From: Selaginella moellendorffii
Taxonomy: Eukaryota > Plantae > Lycopodiophyta
Reading direction: 5' to 3'
Length of the DNA stretch: 64,000 nucleotides
NCBI RefSeq assembly: GCF_000143415.4
Contig: NW_003314298.1
Span: 248,001-312,000 of the forward strand
The stretch's first letter is position 1; each line of letters starts with the position of its first letter. Positions 23,201-36,485 of the stretch are shown here, one piece after another. The position numbers and the translations under genes were made by a program. The notes under the pieces were generated by a model. The model ran no database searches. It was not told the origin of the DNA and worked only from the letters and a program-made list of their open reading frames with translations.

Positions 23201-23240
23201 TTACTATTGCTGAGTTGCAGAAAACTTTTGGAGCTAATTA
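20240..23240 (+). pseudogene. Mutator/MULE-like transposase relic with C-terminal SWIM zinc finger
   Basis: HFDHIERVSGWTTMGAHVYD, FMVDGAGANW, RTCEFHWAQS (CxxH), and SWIM-like FCTCLDF...PCKHMYYIF at ~23065-23145. Several stops and short introns. Confidence 0.7.
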
Positions 23241-24330
23241 GATTTCTTCAACACTATCGATGTTTATTCTTTATCAATAAAATTTATTATACTTTATATA
23301 ATTAATAAAAATGTGCTTTTTCATTTCACTTTTCATTTTATATACTTCCGAGTGTTCTTGTCGCAATACTACTCATAGTACTCGTGTGTCTCCATTTCTG
23401 TCTTTACCATCTCAAAAAAGATTTCATGGTAGTCTTTCGGGTGCATGATGTTGTAGTGTGTCGTGAGAGCATATATACCATCATATTGATCATTGCCATT
23501 ATTTCCACCAAACGCTAGAAAATATATAGGGTATTTCTTGAAAGTGGCAGAATTGCACTCAATCAGTAAAAGGGCATTCTTTTTCACCCAATTTGTTGCA
23601 CCTTCTGTCATTGCATTTATCTCCAACTCATGATCACTATCCTCACTATCCTCTCTTTCATTCTCCTGTGTGGTTTGGTTATGTCGTGCAATGGGATAGT
23701 TATTGCATCTCCTAGCCCTTGAACCCTAGGAAGAAAGATTGTGAGAAGTAAAATTACCAACACTAAAACCCATAGACATTTGTGTGTATTTCCCTTTTTT
23801 CAAATGAAAGTGTGAATGAAGATTTCTAAATTTTAGATAGTATGCTATGACAAACCCCTCAAAAATGCATTCTAGAAAGAACCAAGTCCTTCTTTTATAT
23901 GCAATAAGCTTACATCAACGGTTATTTTTTTTCCTTTCAAACGGTTATATGGCTTTACATAGAATCTTATTTTAAATTTAATAATTTTTTAATTCTAACA
24001 AACCTGACATTTACTAGCTAGAAAGCAGAAAGTACAAATTTAAATAAGTTACAAGAATACTCTTTTTGCAAACATTTTATTTTATATTCTAACAAACGTC
24101 CCTATCATTGCATGTAGTAAATATTTAAATTATTAGAACAAGAAGTGTCCTTTAAAACATTTTTATCTATATAATATATAAAGAGTTATGAAATTATTAG
24201 GTTTGCCATAACCTTAAAATTTTAAAGTTTATAATACTAAATTACAATTGAAAATTGAGCTCAACTCGTGAACTCAACTCTTTAACTCGTGAGCTCAAGT
24301 ATGGTCCACGCCCCATCCTTCAAGTGGTCT

Positions 24331-26912
24331 TTAGTCACAGCTTAGGACATCACCATCAACGTTTGGAAAACCATCTAGCATGTCAAAGAACATGAAGTTT
24401 ATGCTCTCAAGCGGTCGCTTATGGATCTTCTGACAAAAGCACTCCCACTTTTGCCAGATAGCCATATTCTCAGCATCCTCTTTAAAAGATGCCATCAATG
24501 AACTGTAGGAGCTAATAAAGATCCTAACTTCACCACGAAATGCCATTGGAGAAACAAGGCAAATCTAGGGGGAGAAGACAAAGGTCAAATGTGAATTTAA
24601 GAAAAATTTACATACCAGTCATGTGGCATAAAAAATTTAGAAAAATTTACATAACCATCATGTGGCATGTGGTAGATGTAAGTTCCTCCAAGTCCTCTTC
24701 TTAGGCATCAAGACGAGTTGGAATGAAGTTACTCCCGACAATTTTTGCTGCAACCATTTTGAGGAATTAAGAATAGGAGAGACTTAAGAGAAATATACCT
24801 CAAGAAGTTCCTCAGTTGTGGGCACGTCTTGAACGATCATCATCACTATTGATTGATTCCTCCAGATGTGGATTTGCACACTTTTGTTGAGGTAGAACTT
24901 CTTATACATTCTGGTTCTCTTACTCCACTTCATCCCGAGGAATTTTTTGCAAGTTGTTCTGACAACCATCTTCATTCTCTTTGCCATTGGCACCAACAGT
25001 GTTGACATTCTCATGGCCATCATCTTCATCATCCGGCATGTCTTCATTATTGCCTCTTGTAGCCTCTCGGTAGGTTGGTGCATAATTTGGCATCTCTAAT
25101 TCCCAAGGACAAGCTCGCTTTATTGCTGTTAGAAATTTTGTTGTTGTCGGGTACATGCCTCCATCTCTTACACCATGCCTCAAGAGTCATTTGCATACTA
25201 GTGTTTCAAGAGGAATGCCTCTATTTTGGAAATACCTATAATAAAATATAAACAAATTGAATATGGTTAAGAAACTGTATGTTACTTAAAAGCCACTCAC
25301 TGTATAAAGGTTGCCCAAGTTGTTTATCAAATAGAGTCTTGCTTGTGGCCTTCTTTGGTAGCTAGTCCTCTCCGAGTTTTGTAAGCTCAGTGGTGACAAA
25401 GTCCTTGAATGGAAGTTGCTTAGGATCATCCCCTATGAAAGGTGTTAGAAACACCTCCCATTCATATATAATTTGTGAAATGTAGACAGTCCTCTTTATT
25501 ATAGTCTCCATCATATTGTCCAAACATTTTTCTCCATCTCTGAGTCTATTATTGAGGTCGTTCAGAATGTGTATCAGAATAGAGTCTTGCCCACTAAGAA
25601 ATAACTTTTGTGAGTAACCTTCAAGTAAACACAAACAATACTTACTTTCATGACAAGCAAACTCTGTTATAATATCAAACCACTCCTTTGGGCATTGAGG
25701 GTCAACCACACTAAGTAATTTCTTTACCTTTATTTTCTTTATGATGTTGATTTTCTTGTCAATTACAGTTAAATGCTCTGAGAGTTTTTGATCATTTTTA
25801 GCTTAATGCGACTATGCATATGCATCTTGCCTAACCTTCACCAATGGCTGAAGACATCACAAACATTCTATGACAAGAAGTATACTTGGAAGAACATACC
25901 TTACTCCACACGGCTGTCATAAAAGCCATTAAATTCTTGTACCATCTATTGGCAATTTGATGACCTCTTTAATGCCGAATAAGTGATGCTAAATTATCAC
26001 TATAGTGGCTGTAGACTTCATCCTCATCGAGATTGGCAAGAAATTGGATCTGCTCGATATCATATACTAGGCTTTTCTTTTGCACTACAAACTATCCCAA
26101 CCTGCAAAACACAAATTGTTAAAAGTGATTGAAGATGGAATATTGGTGTGATAGACAAGATCGTCTCAGAAGTATTCATTGATGCACTTCATCCACATAC
26201 ACCAGCGATGATTCCTATCGATAATGTAGAACATTTTCCCCACAAATTGTTGAGTCTCAAGATGTCTCATAAGCATGTTATCAAATTTGCAGGACTTCAT
26301 TTTCCAAATGTCATCCCAAACCCTCTCGATTTCTAGTGACATCGAGAGGGCATTTGTCATTCCTGGCTTGAAAACCGAAATAAGCAATATACCTATGTTT
26401 GTCTCGAGGCCATTCTATTTGTATAGACTATAGATATCCATGTTGACAAAGTGAGGTGAAGCAGACCAAACGATGCTTGTCTAAGTGAATTGACACAGTA
26501 AGATTTCTCAGATCATGTCTCCCGAGCCTTCCCACTTCAGAGACTCTAGAGTCATGTGAACGGCCTTCTCTTTGGTTCTCAAAACTGTCTTTTGGAAGTG
26601 CTTGTTTACGACGTGTTCAAGTAGCTCCACTTCTCTTTCAGCTTCAACTACACCTCCAATAGCACCATTATCAAATCTATCCCCCAGCTCAAGCCCAACA
26701 CCCCCGTCAGGCACACTTGGGGACTGCTCTGTAATGCAGCTAGTTTTTGCCATATTTTGTGAATATGTTAAGAGTAGTGGCATTTGAGGTTGTGGCAGCA
26801 ATGGCAGTGATGGCAACAGTTGCAATGGCGCTGGTGGTGGTGAGGTAATGGCAATGATGGCAATGGTGGTTGGTGGTAATGGTGGTGAAAGTAGTGTGGT
26901 AATGGCAGTCAA
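24331..26912 (-). pseudogene. ParB-like gene #3, uninterrupted paralog of #2
   Basis: FYIIDRNHRWCMWMKC (ORF 26166-26387); colinear peptide matches to #2; ends at SINFMFFDMLDG. Confidence 0.75.
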
Positions 26913-27599
26913 GGTGGTGGTGGCATTGATGGCGGTGGTGGCGGAAATGGGGGTGGATGTGGATTGGAGCTATCTGGTTGCGAAGATGGCAATGTAGACG
27001 GTAGAGTTGTTGCTATGGAAATCTCTATCTGAAGGTCAAATTGATTGTCATCCTAGATCTCGTCTTCCTCATGTCTTGTTCTCTTTGATCCAACATCTTT
27101 ATCCTTTTCTAGTTTATTTTGTTTTCATTTCTAAAAATAAGAAAAACTCATTATAAAATAAAAATGTATAAGAAGTAATTGCATGGTGGTCATCCACTGG
27201 TACACTAGCGTACCAGCTGAGGGAGGCAACACCCAAGCCCACTTGATGTCCAGGCTAACTCAGCCCACAGCCTAGCCGAGTGCCCCGGCTGGGCCACACA
27301 GCCCAGTTCGCCAGCGTACCAGTGCGGCCCACACCGAGTGCCTGGCCAAATTCCCAGCCGAGTGCTCAGGCCAGGCCACACATGCTATCCTGGCCCACAC
27401 AGGGCCACAGCCTGGCCGACTGCCCGCGCTGGTATGCCATGGCCGAGTTGCACTAAGTGCCCGGCCAAGTGCCTGGCCTAAGCACTTGGCGCGGGCCAAG
27501 CCACGTGGACGGGTTTGCTGGTGTACCAGCCCGCCCCACACTACCATGGCCAGCCCCCGCTGAGTTCCTGGCCGAGTGCCTGGCCAAGGCACTTGGCAA

Positions 27600-30500
27600 G
27601 GCCTAGGCCATGCAGGCAGGTTGTATGTATGTGTTGCACCTAAGACTTGGGATTTAGAGGGTCCCATGATCAAGTCTTGTGGTACCAAGGGATGTTAGGA
27701 ACCTGGAGGCTTGGTGTGCCTGGCTGCTTGTGCTTGCGGGGAGTGTAGCTGAACCTTAAGTCCAGTCTAACCCGGGGAGGGGGATTGGGAGAGATTTGGA
27801 AATCCGTGGATGGATGGCTAACGCTCCGTTGCTCGTGCAGTGAGTAGCTAAAACAAAGTAAGACCAAGTAGGAGCTGGTACCATAGGCGGGAACCTTGGC
27901 GAGGGAACTTAGCTAAAGATAAGGCAGTGTTAGTCGGATAAACGAGGTAAGCTAGCAAATTGGAAAGGAAAAATTTGTGGCTTACAATTTGGTATTGGAG
28001 CCTTTTCCTCAGTTCTAGCGAAGGCAAAGGCGGGGCATAATTTGGTATTGGAGCCTTTTCCTCAGTTCTAGCGAAGGATAGAGGCGGATTGCTGGGAGAT
28101 GGCAAAGGCGAGGTGTAAACGAACCAAGGCAAAGACAAAACCTCCATTAGAGCTGGAGCTCCTGGTCGAACAAGAGGCTATGGATGAGGAATCCTTGCAT
28201 GAGGAGGACTCTAGTGAGAAAATTTCCAAACAGGAGTCCGATGGTGAGGTTTGGTCGTCCAAGGCTCGATTGGATGTTCTAGAAGGACAATTGGCATAGA
28301 CCAATGTCCTACTGGAGACTCTCATACGCAAGCTAAAGCGTGACAAAAAGCAGAAAAAAAAAGCGAAAGACTGCGGATGCTGGCAGTGCAGAAGGTGTGG
28401 ACCCTTCGGTAGGGACTGAGGCAGAACCAAATAAAGTCGAACAGACTGAAGTGGAATTAGTCCCTCAAACAATTCCCAAGAACAAACCAAAGCCCCCACT
28501 GGTCTTCAAGGGAGTGAATGACTATAAGGTGGTGGAGGATTGCTTTTACGATATGGAGGACTACGTCCAAGCATTGCGGTTACCGAGCTCGGAGAAGGTC
28601 CCATGTGCAAAACCATACTTGGCAAACAATGCCAAGTCTTGGTGGAGAACAACAGAGGCTAACAAAGGACTGGTAGCCACTTGGGAAATGATGAAGGCAA
28701 AGATCTACGCGATATACATTCCTTCGAATGCTACTTTGCACCTAAAGGATGAGTTGAGTAGGCTAAAGTAGATCAGAAGCATTCAAGAGTATGTGATACT
28801 AGTCACAGATATGGGTGATATAGATGCATTCCATGCCTTTATATTAGGCTTGCAAACTTGGGCTCGCGGTGAGGTGATACGTTAGAACCTGACCAACTAC
28901 AAGGAAGTGTTAGATGTGGCTATCAAAGTGCATTTCAACGATAACCTGCGAAAAGGGAACACGATAGGGTCGGGGTCCACGTTTAGCAAAGGGGCCAAAC
29001 CAAGGGGAACATATAGCAAAGGGAAATTCAAGAAGAGTTTCTCTAAGAATGAGTCCTCGAGGTTCCGGAAAGGTAGATTTGGTGGCCAGCGAGTGAGTAT
29101 GTGGGGGAGTCAAGCAAAAAGAGACAAACTCATGGATTAAAAGGGCAAGTTGGCTAGCAACATGGGAAACAACATATGCTACAACTGCGGTGAAGTGGGA
29201 CACTTCTCTAGGGAATGTCCTTACCCAAAGAAGGCTAAAGCTAATATAGCCATTAAGTCGAGTGAAATCTAAACTGAGGTACGTGATCCAGTCCCTAACT
29301 CAAAGTTACTCATTACACGAGCAACTTTGGTAGAGAGTCGTTTGCGACATCTACTAGCCCTCTGAGCTTCCCTCGGAGGTAGCTTTGTTAAGATCGTTAT
29401 TGATACGGGTGCTTCAGATAATTTTGTGGCTACAGATATAGTCCGGCAAGTTGGACTAACGGTGCAGCAGCTAGGCAAACCATAGAGTTTGTTCAAAGTA
29501 GCCAAAGCACCGATGAGGTACTTCGACAAGCGAAAGTCGAAGTAGGGACATGGAAAGTAGACATTGATTTCATTCTGTTGGACATGGCAGGATTTGACAT
29601 AATCTTCGGGATGGATTGGTTCAATTGGTTCGACATAGACAAAGTAGGAACCTTGTGGTACTAGCGAATGCCCAAGGAAGAAGATCTAGCATGGAGGCCC
29701 AGGATCTAAAGGTAGGACAATGCAAGGCCAAAGATTCCTGCCTAAACCTGGTGTCCACGAGAGGACAACTCACTTAAGAAACCAAGGCAACATTTTTGTG
29801 CTTACTCTCGGTGAAGAGTGACATATACCATGCCAGAGGAGCTAGTCACTGTATAGGGCACCAGTGTTATTTGTGAAAAAGAAAGATGGATCTATAGACT
29901 ACCAATTGCTCAACAAGTATACAAAGAAGAACAAGTACCCTTTGCCAAAGATTGAGGACCTATTCGATAGGTTGGGAAAAGCAAAATACTTCTCGAGGAT
30001 TGACCTAAGGTCAGGATACTACCAGATCAGGTAGCAGAGGAAGATGTCGAGTAGACAACATGTCGAACAAGGTATGGGAGCTTGAGTTTCTGGTGATGCC
30101 CTTTGGGCTATGCAATGTGCCGGCAATATTTTCGGCGTTGATGAACCACATCTTTGTACCCTATTTGGATCACTTTGTGGTCATATATATTGATGACATC
30201 CTGATCTATAGCAAAATGCTAGAGGAGCATGCCGAACACTTGACAAAGGTGTTTGAGAAACTAAAGGAACACTAGCTGTATACTAAAGAGAGCAAATGTG
30301 ACTTTGCTCAACAAGAGGTAAAGTTTCTCGGGCATGTGGTAGGCAAGGACGGGCTCAAGGTGGACCCTGAGAAGGTCCAAGTGATCCAAGATTGGGAGCG
30401 ACCATTAAATGTACACAAGTTAAAGGCATTCTTGGGGTTATGCAACTACTACGGAAAGTTTATCAAAATTTATTCGAGAGTAGCCCTACCCTTAACGAAC

Positions 30501-32914
30501 CAAACAGGAAAAAGGAAGATGGTATGGACAGCGGAATGCGAAGCGGCATTTGTCCACCTCTAGGGGAAGTTGAGGAAGGCTCCCGTGTTGGCATTACCAG
30601 ACTTTGGTAAGGACTTTGAGGTAGAAACAAATGCTTCAGACTTTGCATTGGGTGCAATTTTGAAGCAAGACAACCATCCAGTAGCGTTCTTCTTGAAGAA
30701 GTTGGATAAGGCTCAATGGAAGTGGCCTACCCACGAGAAGGAATTGTTTACAGTGGTTAAGGCGCTCAAGGAGTGGCGACACTACCTTGGGAGACACTTC
30801 AAGGTTTACACGGACAATGTGGCAATGAAACACTTCTTGTCACAGCCCGACCTAAGAGGGAAACAGGGTCGGTGGGCTAATGCTATAACTAAGTTTGATT
30901 GCAATATTCTGTACAAGCCTGGGAAGAGCAACATCGTGGCGGATGCGCTAAGTCGAAAAGCGAGCTTGAAGTTGGTGATATCTAACGTGACAGCAACCTT
31001 TTGGGATGATATGTGGACAGCATATGAGAACGATGGTCTAGCACAGGAAGTGTTGTTGAGGAATCTAGAGGCACGAGAAGCTCACCAAAGAGGTGAACTG
31101 CCAACGGAAAAGAAAATGGGCTATGCGAAACACAATGGACTCATCTATTACAAGTAAACGAGGGTGTATGTTCCAGAAGGGAAACTAAGGAAGGTAGCCT
31201 TAGAAGAGTGTCATGACAGACCTTTTGCGGGACACGGTGGAATGCCCAAAATGATGGGCTTACTCAAGAGGAAGTACCACTGGCCAGATATGGCTAAGGA
31301 CATCAAAGACTATGTAAAGACATGTCCAACATGTCAGCAAGTCAAAGCCATGACTAAGGCTAATGGGGGTTTGTTACAAAACATCCCAATTCTAGATTAT
31401 CCATGGAAATGTCTTACGATGGACTTTATTATGGGACTCCCCCCAAGTGAGGGGTTTGATGCAATATTTGTGGTGGTGGACCGATTTTCAAAGATGGCAC
31501 ATTTCATACCCACCACAATGGAGGTGGATGCGGAAGGTGTGGCAAAGCTATTCTTCGAACAAGTGGTTCGAGTGTGGGTAAAGCCAGAGGAGATCATCTT
31601 AGATCGAGATAAGATCTTCACCAGCAGGTTCTGAAGAACTCTCCTGGAACAGTATTGCACCAAGTTGAAATTCAGCACATCTTATCACTCACAGACAGGT
31701 AATGGGGTATTAAGTCAAATTGGATGGCACTAACACTTCTTGACAGATAGACAAACAGAAAGGGTGAATAGGCAGTTGGAGGATTATTTGCAATGCTATG
31801 TCTCTGGAAATCAAATTGATTGGGTAAGTCATTTGGGACTTGTGGAAATGTGCTATAACAACTCACCACACTCAAGTATCAGGGTGAGTCCATGGGAAGT
31901 CATCAATGGGTGAGCTATTGAAGGTCCTGTGGAAGTTAGCGTGGCCGAGTACCATGAAGAGTTACCCGCAGTGGAGGCATTCACGGCGGAAAGACTCAAC
32001 ATTTGGAATCTAGTGAGGGATTCCTTGGAACGGGCCCAACAAAGGCAAATCAAACATGCGAACCAGAAGTGTCGAGACGTAGAGTTCCAACCTGGGGAGA
32101 AGGTGTGGCTAAACACCAAAAACATAAGGCTACCAAGTGGGATCAGCCGGAAGTTAATCCAAAGGTAAGATGCATGTATTCCTGGAAATGAATTGATCTT
32201 GAGTTCCTTAAACAGGTTCACGGGGCCTCATGAGATTGAGGCACGAATTGGTAAAGTGGCTTATCGCCTCTGACTTCCTTGAGAGATGGGGAAGATGCAC
32301 CAAGTGGTCCATGTGAACTTACTCAAGTTGTACTTTGAGGATCCACTTTGCAAAGACCAAGTGAGACCTTTACCTGAGGTTATCCAAAGGGAAGAGGAAT
32401 ACAAAGTGGAGGCCATCCTCAATGCGCGCAAAAGCAAGCGACAAGGACACGAGGTGAGAGAGTTCCATGTAAAGTGAAAAGGCTTTCCACACTACGAAAC
32501 AACGTGGGAACCGGAAGAGAACCTAGCAAATGCGCGAGATCTAATGGAGGAATTTCTGCAAAGCAGAACCCTATGTACTTATGCAAAGTTCAATTAAAAG
32601 CATCCATTTGTGAAGTTGAGCAATGGCATATGTTGGGACCTGAAGGCGCGCCGAAGGTAAGCTAATTAGCATGGGTTAGCTAGGTCAACCAAGTGTAGAG
32701 AACTATGCCCAACTTCTCATAAGGATGTCGAATCCGTAAACATATTCTACAGAGGTTGGGTTCAAGTCCCAACCCCCTAGTAAAGCAAGGCTGGGTTCAA
32801 GTCCCAACCCCATACTAGGGCGTGGTGGGGTGAGGGGTATAGGGACACCTATATTCCATTGTCATGGGCTCTTGGCCGGGGAGGCTAACTTAGGCACACT
32901 ACTAAGTGGGGGGA
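27600..32914 (+). mobile_element. Decayed Ty3/gypsy chromovirus LTR retrotransposon (gag, protease, RT, RNase H, integrase, chromodomain); left boundary approximate
   Basis: LTR end ...TTACA followed by PBS-like tggtattggagcc (~27990). CCHC knuckle [47 protein letters not shown]...CPTCQ, chromodomain EEEYKVEAIL...TWEPEENL, PPT agtgggggga (~32905). Many stops. Confidence 0.92.
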
Positions 32915-33248
32915 TGCCCCCGGAGACATAATCTACAAATCGTAGGATTAAAAAGAGACGTTCGATGTGGGCATTGAACTTCTCCTATGGGTGGTGGAGC
33001 GACCAAGCGGGACTCGTGGCAAAGGTTGGGATATAGAAGCACACATCCCTCCAATGTTTCACTCTCTCGTTTGCTAGGCCAGGCCAAATTGCTCTCACTC
33101 CGCCCGGTGAGGAAAAGAATCCATTTTACTCTTGAGTGAAAAGTACATAGTTTTTAAATTTACACCAAGTTTTTCAAACCCCTCAAGTAGTCCCGGATCA
33201 ATTTCGACATGAAGACCTCGATGAAGCCCCATTTACTCTGCCCCGTCT

Positions 33249-33345
33249 TTGTTGCGGATGACATCCCTGGCTTCATATGCCGCTAACGGTGGTTGTAGCC
33301 AGGCCTCGCAGGCTTTCGAGAAGATGGCATGGACGTGGTTTCAGG
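33249..33345 (+). pseudogene. PPR repeat fragment
   Basis: SLASYAANGGCSQASQAFEKMA resembles a PLS-class PPR motif. Confidence 0.35.
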
Positions 33346-33599
33346 CAAGTGTGTTACCATGGTGTTCTCCCAAACTTTTTAAAGCTTTATTTACATTGAG
33401 GAACCTCGCGACCAAGAGTGCAATCGCCCAACAATCCATCTCTCTCGCCTGGAGCAGCACATACAAGAGTATGGCACAAACACATCCCACCACGAGATTG
33501 GATCCCTGCGAGATGGCAATGCAGCAGAGCATCACAAACAAGTCCCTCCTACTAGTTTGATCCCGGCACGCCATCGCCTGCCCCGGAGAAGAGCAGCAA

Positions 33600-34769
33600 G
33601 ATCCCCAGCAGTCTCACTGGAAAAGCTGGGAGAATTCTCACCAGTGAGCTCCCCAAGAGAAGCCCCAGCACAAGCTTGCCATCGCCACCCCACTCGTGGC
33701 TCCGAAACAATACTGCCCGGCCAGTCCTCCAGCGCCATGGAAAACCAGGAGAGCTCCAAACCAGCAGCCCCCGAGACTTTGGTCGGAGTCACGGCGTCCT
33801 TCTTGGCTGGGAAGAGATCGCTCGAGAGCTTGCAAACCGCCACCACCGAGTTGAGGATGGTGAGAGGGAGCTGCAGGATGGCGGCTCTCACAAACCCCGT
33901 CTTCCAGTCGTGGGAAGAGATTCGAGCGATCTGTGGCGTGGCCGGGCCAAACTGGAGCTCCTTGAGAATGTGTGGCCTCCTCACGAACGCCAGGAGGATC
34001 CCGAGCACGAACACTGCCAAGGCAGTCGGGATCCTCTGGAAAAACGTCACGAGCTTTGACAATCTCGCTTGATGTTCTTCACGGTGCTCTTCATGATCAT
34101 CATGATGACGATCACCTTCACTGTTCGTCACAAAGTACTCGTAGCCCTCGCCGGATCCATTCACCAGCACGATAAATGCGAAGCAAATCACTGCGAGGAG
34201 AATTCCATCCAAGCCCAGCCATGGTCAATCACCCATTGCCTTGTCCCTAGAGAGATTTTGATCCTTCATCACGTACTTGACAGCCTTGACCGCGAAAGAG
34301 AGCCCATGCGCAAGCTGGATGCCACGAACCACCGGCAATGGCACGATCCAAGCCACGACCCGTGATCAAGCCCGTGATTCCAAGCACAAACACGATTGCA
34401 GACACAGTGATCCCCGCGGCCATGATCTCATCCACACTGAGATGCTTGGATTCGGTGAAGGCCACCGCCGCGATGGATTTCATGGGCTGGACAGGCATCG
34501 GCCCGCCAAAGAGCACGCTGGTGAGAATGTTGTAGATGCCCGTGGTGATGAGAGACGTACCAGGATCCATGCCATTGACGAGAGCTAGAGCCACGACGAT
34601 CGGGATGAATGGTGCCCAGGTCGCCCAGCGAGCCGCTGAGCTCCTGCCATGGCCGCCTGCACTGGAGATTGCCGCGCAGCCCTGTGCCATCACTGGGAGA
34701 ATCCACCGCTCCTCCCGCTCGCCCCTCTTCCTCCCACTGACCTCCAAGAACCCTAAATTTATATAGTCC
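33600..34769 (-). pseudogene. MOT1: Molybdate transporter (MOT1 family), frameshifted
   Basis: ELSGSLGDLGT / FIPIVVALALVNG (frameshift near 34611), PMPVQPMKSIAAVA, QLPLTILNSVVAVCKLSSDLFP; further frameshifts and a deleted C-terminus. Confidence 0.85.
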
Positions 34770-34986
34770 ATGGCTCTTGTACTTTACCTTGGAAATGAGC
34801 AAAGAATTTTCTCTTTAATCATACATGATGATCTGTTACCCTCTTTAATCACGAGGACACAGAATCTATACTCACTCTAGTTTCAAACAAAATTGCTACT
34901 ATTTGCTAGTAGAACATAGGCAAAAGAATTCCTAGAATCTACACTTAAAGCTTGTTCAAGCACACAACACCATGAGATCTTTGTCC

Positions 34987-35250
34987 TCAATTTCTAGACT
35001 TTGCTCCCAACAAGCACGTCCAATCCACTGAAACTGGCATGTAAGTCATGCTCCTCACAAGTTCCTGGACCTCTTCCATACACCCAGCTCGCCCCAAGCA
35101 ATCCACCATGCAGCAGTAAACTTGCCTCGATCCTTGGTAGTGGCGAGATGCCCTTCTTGGGCGTGCCAAGAACATAATGACTCACAAGTGGCAATTGCGT
35201 CGCTCCATGGAGTCAAACACTGCTCGCGCGCGCTGGATCTTGCCCAGCTT
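34987..35250 (-). pseudogene. PLS/E-class PPR gene fragment
   Basis: YCCMVDCLGRAGCMEEVQELVRSM...DWTCLLGA. Confidence 0.75.
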
Positions 35251-35781
35251 GCCATACCGAAGGATGACGAGATTGGAGAGGTAGCTGGGCGATCTCGATC
35301 CGGGAATGGGCATCGCTCGCCTGCGAGGAATTGGTCGCGGAAGTGATGAGATCCACACACTCGGACTTGGACAGCATCAGTTTCGCTCGACACCGAAGCT
35401 AGCCACTCACGAGATTAGAGAGAAGGGAGAGATTAGGGAAATTCTTGATGGCATCCTTCCAAAGTAGCGCTTCCCGGATCCCCTAGCTTGGTTTGTTCAT
35501 TCTAGTGAGTCAATGCATTGCAAAGAGCTTTTCCTAGCTGCCTTCAAACAGTTTCCTTAGGCACTATAGAAATTAAAAGTGTGTAATTTGTGAACCTTAA
35601 AGTGAAATAAAAATGACACTACACACTCATATAAATATGATAATTCAACTTATTCATTCATTGTTCATAGCTTTTTCAATGGCTCTCATGGCTTCAACGT
35701 GTGTGTGGCCAGAAGAGAGATGCTATAGTCTGAAAAAGCTAATCCTTATGTACAGTTTGAAAAGTTGGTCCCCACGTCCAT

Positions 35782-36195
35782 TTAGTTATTGATGACAACA
35801 ATGCTCATTAGCCAATCTTGCCTTATGTTCAATTTTGCCAACTCAAACTTGTTTTGTATATCTTTCAGGAAATCACAAACATAAGGTACCCGAACCAAAG
35901 CTAAATTCAAACTCACAGGAGATTTATGCTTATAGCCATACATCACCATAAAGAGAGTGTTATTGTGAACAAATTGAAGCAAAGGTAAATACTTCTCCCA
36001 TACTCTCTATCGAATCAAGTTTCTCACAAAAGATTTTAGCATATCTTCTAATAACTGATTCATGTGCTCTATTTGCCCATTAGGTTGTGGATTCTCACCA
36101 CTACTTATGCTTAGTTTAGTCTTTAGCTTCTCAAAAACTATCTGCCAAAACTTGGACATGAATTTGGGATCCTGATCATTATATTTAAGAAACAA
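35782..36195 (-). mobile_element. Ty3/gypsy integrase core fragment
   Basis: DQDPKFMSKFW...SSGENPQPNGQIEHMNQLLEDML; LPLLQFVHNN. Confidence 0.85.
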
Positions 36196-36309
36196 AGAGA
36201 AATTATTTTTGTTTATTACGATCTAGACAATGCAAAAGCTAAATCTAAACCAAAATCCTAAATCCAAGCACTCCCCAAGGACAATCAAAGTTGCCCCTCA
36301 TTTCCACCA

Positions 36310-36485
36310 ATGTGAGTGCATGAAATATAGAAAGGGAATATAGAAAATATGCATATCAATTAGCCCAAAAACCATAGCTTATATATAAAAGTGAGTGGTC
36401 CGGATTGAAACCAATCTAACGGTTACCAAAATCTCACTATGCTAATATTAGTATACGGCATTAGAGCTGTACACTTGGACCTCAT
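36310..36485 (-). mobile_element. LTR fragment, inverted copy of 39249-39425
   Basis: ctgtacacttggacctca and the adjacent ~170 bp are diverged reverse complements of tgaggtccaagtgtaca... Confidence 0.65.

Noticed and set aside
27270-27610. ccgagtgcctggcc repeats as a cognate site for ParB #3
   Set aside because: Not clean palindromes and may belong to the adjacent gypsy LTR.
32690-32815. Complete tRNA gene
   Set aside because: Only T-arm-like hairpins; I could not build a D arm, anticodon arm and acceptor stem.
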